From Amoebophrya sp. A120 (taxonomy: Eukaryota > Protista > Dinoflagellata): a DNA stretch of 64,000 nucleotides. Positions 32,906-42,613 of this stretch are shown here, in pieces. The first letter of the stretch is position 1. Each line of letters opens with the position of its first letter. A model generated the notes under the pieces. It was given only the letters and a program-made list of their open reading frames with translations. It was not told where the DNA came from and did not search any database. Both the position numbers and the translations under genes were made by a program. The stretch lies in the NCBI GenBank assembly GCA_905178155.1, contig CAJINV010000002.1:8265224-8329223 (forward strand), read 5' to 3'.

Positions 32906-33867
32906 ATGCCTATGCCGCCAGCGCCAGCAGCCTCCCTCGTGGAGAACGCTGAAGGCAGACACTGTGACTCAGTATCGGCCCCCTCGGGCGGGGACGCAGC
33001 GGCGAAGATAAATACCAGCACAGCTGCTACCCAGGCCGGTGAAGTAGCACTCGAAGATGAAGAGGCTGTCGGTGAATCTCAATCTTCTGAAATAAAGGCG
33101 AAACGACCTCGTCCAACCTCAAGAGACGAGGAGAACAAGGATGATGAAGCGGGAACATCAATGGACCTGACCAAGGACAAAATTTTCATTCCATTGGAAT
33201 TTGGATGGGACCAGAACGACTCGCACGTCAAAATTTATGTTGATTTCAAGGCGGTTAGAAGGGACCACGACAATCCAGCAGCCGCGCCACTGCAGATACG
33301 TTTCCACTGTCCCGACGAGTGGACCGCGATCCTGACCGTGAGCGACCGATTTGCGTGTAAAATTCCGAATTTGTGTCATCGCATCGACACTAGCGAGTCG
33401 TATATGAAGGAGAAGAAACCGGTGCTGGACAAGGGGGTGGTGCTGTATCTGAGAAAAAAGTTACCCAAAACAAAAAAGATTGTGCTTAGTGGATGATCTC
33501 AATCTGTAGTACGTTGCAGAACATAGATTAGAAGACGACAATCAATTTGCACATCTGGCATGCCATGCGACTTCTAGTACTAGTTCCTCACATTATGCCA
33601 CTGTTTGACGCTACTTACACAGGGACGCCCTTCCCTTAGAGTCTCAACATGGCAGTTTTCTTTTTTCGGGTAAGTCCAGGCCGTCCCGCACGGGTGCACG
33701 CCCGGTGCGTGTACTTAAATACGTAGAAAAAGATTGTCATGCGGTCAGTCCAAGACCAAGAGAAAAAGGAAGGAGGAACAGGAGAGGAATTCCAGTAGCA
33801 CAGTTTTTTTCTTGGACAAAAGGAGTTCAAAAACCACTGGTTTAATTTGCAACAGAAGCGGGGATGA
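32906..33867 (+). CDS. CS-domain protein (CacyBP/SGT1-like)
   Basis: FGWDQNDSHVKIYV...NLCHRID...VVLYLRKK, joined across an intron to EFKNHWFNLQQKRG* (33823-33867). Confidence 0.75.
33462..33818 (+). mobile_element. Decayed, possibly composite TIR introner (357 bp), DR AAAGT/AAAGG
   Basis: TACCCAAAACAAAAAAGATTGTGCT ... AGCACAGTTTTTTTCTTGGACA. Extra TIR-like ends lie inside at ~33651-33672 and ~33720. Confidence 0.65.
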
Positions 33868-34996
33868 CGAAGAACAGCGCAGCATTTCTACGACCGGAGA
33901 AAGCTGCTCTTCTGCCAGCAAAAGGAACGAATAAATCTATTGTGTACAACTAGATGATCGCACATTTGCAACATATTAAGCGATTTTTTGAAGATCGCAG
34001 ACGAGTTTGTCAAAGCCCTAGCAAGGAAAATATACGTGAACAGCAAAATAAAAGAAAGAGAAACCGAAGCGTCGCAGAGTCGATAATCCTACTACGATGT
34101 CGGCACTTATGCCTGGATACTGAGGATATTGTCGTTGTGTTCGAAGACATTAGCTGCGTCTCAGTCTTTGTATAAATAGGAACCTGGGTGACAGCTAGTG
34201 GACAACAAGGAAGTGGATCGGTTTTTATTCATCTCCACCCCAAGAAAGGCTGAAAACTCTCGAAGTGATCATGTGCCACATAGTCGCTGTCGGTTCAAAC
34301 GATTCGGCCGTGTATGCACAACGAGCAAAGAACGCGCGGTAGCGGTTCTGGTATTTGATGGTGGTATTGCAGTAGAAGCTCGAAACTTTGTGTCGTTCGG
34401 AAATCGGTCATTTTCCAAAATGATAAATTATTTCTCTCCACATTTTTTTGAATTTTTTCGTGACGATTCCTCGAGTCGTGCCCTTCCTACCACCTAGTCT
34501 AGTCACTGTCGACATCGTCGTTATAATCCGAAGAGCCATGGTACCATCGTTTCTATTGGCATTGACCACAGGCAAGTAGTTGCTCAATTTGCAACGCCTT
34601 TCCCTTACGTTCTTTATCTCCCATTCATGAACTAGTTTCACTCCCCCCCAGCTATTTTTAGCCCACTGGTGATTGTTTTTTTACAAAAGGGATAAGCTAG
34701 CAAATTGCCAATTTTGTGTAACCAAATTCGTAGATGCTGAGCCTCCTTTAACACTTTCAAGTATAGTAGTCAGTACTTCTAAGCTGCCAACCCTTTTTGC
34801 GTTATACACTTTTTTTTTTTGATCATACCCACTGACGAGCACAGGCAGCGCGAATCAGGGTATAACTTTAATTTGTCCACGAATCGAAGAGAATCCAAAA
34901 TAAGTTTTCGTTTTGAATATAATTTGTTTATTTTTTGCCCCGCCATGATTTCCCGGCGTCGGCAATAGAAGTACCATCTTATCAGCTCCCGGAAGG

Positions 34997-36273
34997 ATGT
35001 TCTCTCACCTCGATAACTTGGCGGGGCACGTGGACCTGCAGAAGCTACAGCTGGGGTTCGCGGAAGTGCTCAAGGTCACGCTGGGTTCGCTACTCATTAC
35101 CATTGTCCTGGAGCTGCTCAGCTACCGAACGGTGCGGAAGGTGCCGAAAGATCTGTACAAGACCGCGGTCTTGTATAATGTCATCAACGTCCTCTTTCTG
35201 GCTCCACTCTCCTTCCTCTATGTCATGTACAACATGGTCATGGTTAACTACGAGTGCAACTTCAGCTCCAGCACAGGCGGTGGTCGTAGCCCCATCTTGG
35301 ACAACGTATTCTCCTTGAACGCTGATGATTTCGCAGCTGCCAAGAATTTCTGGCTGGACATGTCGGTGTCCTACTGCAAAAACAGCGGCACGGTGTACTC
35401 CGTGACGCGCAATATCGTCGGCATTCTGGTGATCCAGGCCTTCGGCTACTACACGGCACACCGATTGATGCATACGCGGCGGCTGTACTGGATGCACAGT
35501 TTCCACCACAAGTTCCACAACGACGTGGTGCCAATGGCGGCGAATGCGGTCAGCCCTGCGGAGTACCTGTTCGCCTACTTGCTTCCGATCCTGGTCGGCA
35601 CAGTCGTAGTCAACCCGGCGCCGGTGGAGCTCCTCACCGCGGGTTGGATGATCTCGCTCACGAACTTGTTGATTCATTTCCCACTGCTAGAGTCCTTCTC
35701 CGAGGCCTACTTCCCAGAAATTTTCGTCTCCGCCTTCAAGCACGGCGAGCATCACCGGAAGGTCTCCGTGAATTTCGCGGCGCCAATTTTCGATGTGGAC
35801 TGGTTTTTGTACGATTTACTAAAACTGCCGATCTTTCCCGACAAAAAGCGCCAGTACTACTTGGAGCTAGCGACGTATGCGGAGGAAAAAGGCGTTTCAC
35901 AGATTTCCAGCACAATGATCTCGTGTTGCAGTACATTCAGCACAGTAGAAATGAAGCTCTGGTGCCATTCGGGAAAGACTCAGGAGGCTAGTAGTCGATG
36001 TGCATGTAGTTTTTATCCCTTGACCGTGCGTTTTCCGCATTGCAGATTTCTCTTGTCGTGCATATCAAATTTGTGACTGTGATGCTTAACAAAGCGGTGT
36101 GCAAAAGTGTGCACGTAAAAACTGTGACACTTTTTTCCTACGATACGGCTGCAGCAAAACGCAAGAAGACGGAGGCAGACGGAGAAGATACGAGAACTTT
36201 TGAACCTCCTCCGATTGGAGACGGTTCCGCTGCCGTTTCGCAGTCCACGAATATTACTTCACCGGTAGAGTGA
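34997..36273 (+). CDS. Fatty acid hydroxylase / sterol desaturase superfamily protein, ~333 aa
   Basis: His boxes HRLMH, HSFHH, HGEHH. Exons 34997-35875 and 36151-36273. Confidence 0.88.
35876..36145 (+). mobile_element. Decayed TIR introner (270 bp), DR CGACG/CGGCT
   Basis: TATGCGGAGGAAAAAGGCGTTTCACAG ... CTGTGACACTTTTTTCCTACGATA. In-frame join LATAAKRKK. Confidence 0.8.
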
Positions 36274-37222
36274 AGAAGCACGGTGATCGTGACGTTGACT
36301 ATAAGAAATACACCAGTTCCAGCCGGATAAACGGCGCCACGAACACTTTATAGAAAAAGAAGATTTAGTTTTTTTTTCTATTCTTCTCGAATGAAATTTC
36401 AATAATGATGTACTGTCACATGTCGGGGGTTTCACCAACGATGTCACCTTTTGCAGGTGTAACCAAAATTGTGCTGACATCCTCTTTTGATGTTTTGTGA
36501 CCGACTCCTTCAGTATTGAGCTCTAGGAGCAGCTTCTCTACATGGTTGCTGCCACAGGGACAGGGTTTTTACAACTAGATGTACGATCTGGTCGTGCTTG
36601 CTTCCGAGATGCTAGGAACAACCCCGATCTAGTGCCTACCCTCAATATGGTTTTTTCTACAACTCGTAAAGAAAGTAGAACTCCTTCCCCTCGTTAAGAA
36701 TATTGAGGTTAGTAGAATTTTCTCCCACAGAAGATGGGCCTCGATGTTACAATACGAACAAGTAGCTACCTCCGTCTACCTCGACTGCTCATGTGATGCA
36801 GATGTAACATAGCTCGAATGCAGTCACGGCGTTTTTCAGCCTGTTTGAAAAAAATGAAAAAACAACGAACAAAAAATGGCATCAAATGATTTTCAGGATT
36901 TCATTCTTGTTCACACAGTTTCGGTTTGAACTTGAAGCATTTTGAGGCTGAAGTGCTACAAGTACAGCTCGTGTTTATTCTCTTCGCTGTTTCCTTCTCG
37001 GCACATTTGCATTACACAGCTTTGAGTTTTGAATCATCCAACTGACGACCAGCAGATAAAATGTCAGCTATGTTGAAAAAGATGGCTCTCGCATCCAACG
37101 TCTGAAATTGTTGAGGCCGATTGACCACCTCAGATGCCCGGAGAAACCTAGTTCATCCACTATTCCCCGGTGAGGGCGACCATACTTATATTGCAAGCGA
37201 AACTTCTTGTGCAGCAGCTATC

Positions 37223-39994
37223 ATGGGTAGTAGCAGAGGTGCTCTAATTCGACTCTGCTGCTGCAGCGCGAGGCTCTTTGCTCTTGCCTCATGGCCGGCC
37301 GTGGAAGGGCTCCGATTGGGAAAGCTCGGCAGAGCAGCGCCACCGCAAAGCTACCTGCCCAGTCCTCGTTCCACAGCGCCGTCCTCGTCAGCGGACCAGC
37401 GCTCCTCACAATGTTGTTTCATCCCACAAAGCCGATCCCCGTACATGCGTGCGATTCTCGAAAGAGCGAATGGTGCGACGATTCCGGCAAGCTCAACAGA
37501 CGAGGATTTTACAGAAGTTCTTACTGCTGGTGAGCAACAAGCTTGTGCGACGGAACCACACGAAACTTTTCCAGATCTGCAAAATATAATTGACGAGCTG
37601 CAGCAGCAGCACGAGCACCAGCTTCCTGACTGGGGAGCCACTTGGCCCAGAATAGCAGGCGCAAGCGATTCTGCCAGTTCTGCAGCAACGCCTACTGGTG
37701 GTACCGCAGTCGCAGCGGCGGCAGATCGACCTCCTTCCAGTACAGCAGGATCGACTTCCTGCCCTTCGACGTTGTTTCTTGGCCCACAGAATGCAGTGTC
37801 GCTATCGGTTCCGATGTCCCGCAGCTCGACCTCTTCTTCCCCCCGACGAGCTTCCACGCCTCACCCATCGGCCGGCCGAGGCTCGTGCGAAGGTGCAACG
37901 ACCCTCACCACCGGCGTTTGCGCCGGAGCGAGCGCTCCTGGTGTCGTCGCACCGGCAGCTTCTGCGTCTGTAAATAGAACATCGCCTCGCACAACGCTTC
38001 AATCAGCTGCAGCCCGCGTCTTGGCGCAGACTCGGACTGTGAATAACCTCGTTGGTGGCGGGAAAACTACAGGCGCTTCTAGCAGAGGCTACTTCCGCGC
38101 AAAGATGAATAGTGGGGCGTCATCATCTGCTAGCCGTGGTTGTAGTACTTCAGGGACGTCGTCCACGTCGCACATGGACAACATGCAGCAAGTTCGTCCT
38201 CCTCCTCCTCCAGCTCACCAGCAACATCCGGAGCAGTGTTATACCGCGGACCTGCCAGCACCACCCACGAGTCGGGACATCATTAGTGCGGCCAGGTGTC
38301 CTGCCGTGCAATATCATACTCTCGTGCCGCAACCCCCGTCGGCGCGTGGAGGTAGTAGTTCTTTACTGGGCCGACCTCAACATGCAACATCAGCCAACGG
38401 CAACGGCTACGAAGAAGTAGACGGTAGTGCCACTTATCGACACGGTGACGCGCGAGCACCTGGCCTAGGGAGGACACTTCTGGAGGCCGCGAATCCGCAA
38501 GACGGGGGTGAGCATCATGAGGAACGACCGTTTTTTGCGCCACGTCCTGCTCAAATTTCCCCCCTTCATCTTTCTCCCCACCGCCACATTAACCATTCTG
38601 AAGACCAAGAAGGCGGCCGTGGCTCTAGTACAACCATGCCCCTCGTCGTCTCACCAGGAGAAGCACACACCCACGAGGACACCGTCAACGGCGCCACAGT
38701 TTCTGCCACAACCAGCAGCCCGCCTGTCGCCATGCGCATCCCGCGAATTCTGATCCTTACAGAGGACGAGCAACAGGACCCCGCTTCACCTCGAAGCTTT
38801 AGCAGAAGTGCGCGGCAGTGGCCGCGGGCAGGTTACTCGACCGAAATGAATGCAGGTCATCCACCGACGACACATAGTGGTGCAGCAGCATCTTGTTCTT
38901 CTTATGGAGGAGCAGCTTCGTCTGCAGCCAGTAGAGCAGCAGCTGCGGTGGTTCTTGGCGCAGCCTCATCTTCATCAACAGCCACACCTCGTCCTGATGC
39001 TCAAAAAACGAGTCCTGATCCTTTTGAAGCCGTGCCCGCCAGAAGTTCGCAGTCAGTAGCAGTCTCGACCGGTTATACCGACTGCGGCGCCGGCGCCCCG
39101 CACCCGCACGAAGGCCACCGGCAGCGAAGTGGGTCGCTTTTGAGCCCTGGCAGGGTCGTGCCCCCGAAGCACGATGCGCCGCCAGAAGACCTCCAGGGGA
39201 CCGCGAGACTACGGGTAGAAGAAACAGCTCCGTCCCTGCTTCCAGAGGTGGTTGTATTTCCACCGGAGGTGAATGCGTTTTATTCCATCGCGAAGAAACG
39301 CCTGGTGGCACAAGAACAGCTCGAGGCGAAAAGGCAACTTGCTGCTAGCAGGACGGCACGGAATTTAGACGCCGGAGCGAGCAGCGGGGCACCGTCGGCC
39401 GACAATTCGCCACGGTTGCCTGTGCCGGACGCTCCGCGCGGAGTCGCATCCTCGCAGCAGCCTCGGGCGGTACGGTTACACGATAGTAGTACAATTACGA
39501 CCCCAGTCGATGTACAAATACGTGCCCCCGCTATACTACATCGGGACGACGATGCCGAATACGGCAGTGCTGCGATGGCTCTACCGCCCGCGCGTCGAGC
39601 CGCGCGAGACCAGCAGCAGTGTGTCTGGTCATCGCGAGCGCGGGGGCAAGAGGAATCCCTTGAAACTGCTGATGTAAAAATTCGCCACGACGAAAGCATT
39701 TCGATTTCCCACGCAGAACATCAAAAAACTGGGAGTATGGACTGCTTGGCGATAGCGCAAGAAGCAGAGGAGCCCCTGTCCCCTGGTGTCGCCTCGTCCT
39801 TGTCGCCTGCAAGAGTTCGAAGCCCGCCCATTGGCCACTTGGATGCGACCTGGTTGATGACGACGCTGCAAGACGTCGAGAACGGCATCCCCATCGTCCC
39901 CGAGGCCGACATTCTGCGTCAGGCGGAGTCGCAGCTTCTGAACCGACGTAGGCGCCGGACATCGCTGGAGCAAGCTGGTGGGCGACTGTCATGA
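37223..39994 (+). CDS. Orphan Ser/Ala/Pro-rich protein with signal-like N-terminus
   Basis: ORF of more than 900 aa (first ATG 37223). LFALASWPAVEG followed by LRL. Confidence 0.68.
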   Translation: MGSSRGALIRLCCCSARLFALASWPAVEGLRLGKLGRAAPPQSYLPSPRSTAPSSSADQRSSQCCFIPQSRSPYMRAILERANGATIPASSTDEDFTEVLTAGEQQACATEPHETFPDLQNIIDELQQQHEHQLPDWGATWPRIAGASDSASSAATPTGGTAVAAAADRPPSSTAGSTSCPSTLFLGPQNAVSLSVPMSRSSTSSSPRRASTPHPSAGRGSCEGATTLTTGVCAGASAPGVVAPAASASVNRTSPRTTLQSAAARVLAQTRTVNNLVGGGKTTGASSRGYFRAKMNSGASSSASRGCSTSGTSSTSHMDNMQQVRPPPPPAHQQHPEQCYTADLPAPPTSRDIISAARCPAVQYHTLVPQPPSARGGSSSLLGRPQHATSANGNGYEEVDGSATYRHGDARAPGLGRTLLEAANPQDGGEHHEERPFFAPRPAQISPLHLSPHRHINHSEDQEGGRGSSTTMPLVVSPGEAHTHEDTVNGATVSATTSSPPVAMRIPRILILTEDEQQDPASPRSFSRSARQWPRAGYSTEMNAGHPPTTHSGAAASCSSYGGAASSAASRAAAAVVLGAASSSSTATPRPDAQKTSPDPFEAVPARSSQSVAVSTGYTDCGAGAPHPHEGHRQRSGSLLSPGRVVPPKHDAPPEDLQGTARLRVEETAPSLLPEVVVFPPEVNAFYSIAKKRLVAQEQLEAKRQLAASRTARNLDAGASSGAPSADNSPRLPVPDAPRGVASSQQPRAVRLHDSSTITTPVDVQIRAPAILHRDDDAEYGSAAMALPPARRAARDQQQCVWSSRARGQEESLETADVKIRHDESISISHAEHQKTGSMDCLAIAQEAEEPLSPGVASSLSPARVRSPPIGHLDATWLMTTLQDVENGIPIVPEADILRQAESQLLNRRRRRTSLEQAGGRLS

Positions 39995-40652
39995 GGAAAT
40001 GTATATACTAATCCAATTTCTGCAATTTCTGCTTGATGTTTGTCAGTTTGTGTGATATTGTCGGGTGAAGATCTTTCCCTCGTGGTATTTCGCCTCATGG
40101 GCTCCAGACGCGTTTGCGTTGCAAGAATAGCACTAGCGCATTGTTCAATTAGACTCTCATCCACCTCCATGTCTGATCGTATGAGATTCAGGTTAATGAA
40201 TGAATTACGGAGCTTCTCGTGCTCCATTTTTACGACATATGTTGGGAGAAACAAGAATACAGAAACGGACGAAAAAAATTGCACAAAATTTCTTCATCGG
40301 ATATCACTCTTACAACACTCTGTCGTGCTTTCTTATTTTTTGCCCCGGAATGGGAGGGGTAGCGAAGTGGATCTCTGCAGACACTTTCGCATCTTGTACT
40401 AAAATCGAAGCTGATAGTGAAGACCATGTCGATTGTACTGCTTTCTTCAAGTAGTCTGTGTCGGAAAAATGAGACCCGGCTTGTGCCTGAATGATGTGGT
40501 GTGAGCAATGCAAAGGCCACCAGTTGTGTTGTGGACACATTTTACAGGTCAATATACTTGGTTGTACTACAGGTATCTCAACTGTGCTTGTGGATCTCAA
40601 CGTTGAGACCTCACAGCTCAACGTTGAGAAATATATCTCAACGGCCAGCAGT

Positions 40653-40702
40653 GGTTTAGGGTTTCGGGTTTAGGATTTGGGGTTTAGGATTTGGGGTTTA
40701 GG
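40653..40702 (+). repeat. Interstitial telomere-like repeat, ~7 degenerate TTTAGGG units
   Basis: GG TTTAGGG TTTCGGG TTTAGGA TTTGGGG TTTAGGA TTTGGGG TTTAGG. Confidence 0.85.
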
Positions 40703-40763
40703 TCGTCGGGCAGGGCAGCCGCCGCCGGCCGGCCGGCCGGCGGCGGCTGCCCTGCCCGACGAC
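40702..40763. repeat. Perfect 62-bp GC-rich palindrome with no spacer
   Basis: GTCGTCGGGCAGGGCAGCCGCCGCCGGCCGG followed directly by its exact reverse complement; checked base by base. Confidence 0.97.
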
Positions 40764-41222
40764 TCTCTTGTCGCTCTCCTGTGCTCTTCATTGTTGCCCG
40801 GCCCGTTTTGCGCGCCCCGTAGTTGGCTTGTGTGCATTGTGTCTCACTATGCGCGCAGCCTCTGTGCGTTTTTCTAACTATCTATGAGCCCGCTCGCCGG
40901 CATTCGTGTTGGCGGGACCTCTGAGAGGTTTGTTGCCCGGGCTTGATGCGCACCTTCACGCCACGGAGTTCTTCTGTGCGCAGACCGTTGAGACCAGTCG
41001 TTGAGCTCTTCGCGAATCCGTTGAGGCGTCTCAAAGCGTTGGGGCGCAACCGTTGAGATTCACTCGTTTTTTTTGCCATTTTCCATATGAAGGCCATCCG
41101 GCCGGCCTGTGTTGCCCGCCGTGGTTGAGGACCTCGGCACCTTGGGCGCGTTTTTGTATGTTTCCCTAGCTCGGTCACAGGTTTATCCAAAAGTTGGTCA
41201 TGACCCTTTCCTCTTTTTCGAA

Positions 41223-41279
41223 CTAGGATGAGATCGCCCCCATTGATTCACTCTAGGAGATGATCGCCCCCATTGATTC
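41223..41279. repeat. Tandem direct repeat, period 30
   Basis: GATCGCCCCCATTGATTC at 41232-41249 and 41262-41279, each preceded by CTAGGA. Confidence 0.9.
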
Positions 41280-41293
41280 CAAGCGACGGATCA

Positions 41294-41384
41294 GCCCCTG
41301 ACAAATTACCCCAGCGCTCTTCGGAGCCCGGTCCTTCGGGACATATCGGCTACAACGTGGTAGTTGATAGGTGAAATGTCGGGC
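41294..41384 (+). ncRNA. Candidate structured RNA (four-way junction, two cUUCGg tetraloops)
   Basis: Closing stems CCUGACA/UGUCGGG and UUACC/GGUGA. Hairpins GCUC-UUCG-GAGC, GUCC-UUCG-GGAC, UAUCGGCUAC/GUAGUUGAUA. The G-U pairs work only on the + strand. Confidence 0.5.
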
Positions 41385-42613
41385 CCCCACACGGATTCGC
41401 GCTTTTAACATGAGAGACTTCGCAAGATTTCCTTCGTGTTTTAGCATAAGGCCGTGCATAGTATTGAGATTCACTCGTTGAGATTCCTGTATAACAACCA
41501 ATATACTTACATGATCATGTGTGTGAAAGATGATACGTGTTTTATGCAACCTTCAGCGACGAAGAAGACGAAGAGCATTGTTCTGGGTTCGTTCACGCTA
41601 CCAAAAATAACGTCATATAATCCTCGGTTACCATTCGTCGTAACAGCAATTCATAAATCCATTTCCATTTGCACCTTCGGTTGTTAAGTATGTGGTCCAG
41701 GTTTCTTGCAATATTATCGGTGATGCCCATTAATTTACCATGTCTAGACTTGGTTTTTTCGGTTGTTTGCCATTTTGAGAATGCATCGAAAAAGCCTTTG
41801 ACATATATTTTCAAGACGCACTCGGTCGTGTTTGTTATTGTTTCGGGTTTCTTCCGGGAGAAGTAAAAAAGCAAAACATGCTCGAGGTATAATGTGGAGT
41901 GGACTGTTGAGCGCATCCGGGGGGGCAAGCGTTAGTATTTGCTTCGTTCCGAAAATGAAGCCGAAAATCTAATGAAGCACTACTTAGGCGCTCCTAGGGC
42001 TAGGCCTGGGCCTAGCACATTCACTTTGTTGCGATGAACAAGCATTTACGATTTTGATTTTAGACCCTCGGGGACGTAGTCAACGTGGCTGTTGCTACTA
42101 GTACCAGAATCGGTTCCGCATTTTTTTTCAATGGCATCGCATTGATCGGTGCGCCCTTGCGCCAGTATTTTTTATTTTCGATCCAAGATGCGCTTTTTTT
42201 TTGGTAAAGATAAGTGCCGTGCATCTTATGATCCCTTCTCTGATTGCGGTAACTTATTGTGCAAACCACTATCTATCAGCATCAACAAAGCTGTCAAAGA
42301 TCATCCATAGCGCTAGAACTCGTTGCACTACCCTTCCCGTGAATGAAAAGCAAAAGAGTTGTCACACCCCTGTAATTTTTTGTCTTGATCTTTCCCTATT
42401 CTGCATGTAATTTCGCATCTACTATCTATATCACACATTACTTACCCTTATCATGTTCCATTCCTGATGGCCCGCTTCGGTTGAAAGGGTAGTGGTACTA
42501 GACTACGGTAGTCGTGAAGAAAATGAGAGCGCATCAAGAAGTGATGAAAATTCAAATCGAGGTTTTATTGAAACAACTACTTCAAGAACTCTGAGTAGAA
42601 GCATCTTCAAATT

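Noticed and set aside
5579-33867. Hsp90 co-chaperone cluster (STI1 plus two CS-domain genes)
   Set aside because: They are separated by unrelated genes over 28 kb; no evidence beyond coincidence.
41298-41376. Hammerhead ribozyme (CUGA...GAAA)
   Set aside because: The core reads CUGACAA, lacking G8, and those bases are paired in the closing stem.
41503-41513. U1 snRNA 5' end look-alike ATACTTACATG (also TACTTACCTG at ~6977)
   Set aside because: No U1 stem-loop motifs or Sm site follow; likely chance matches.
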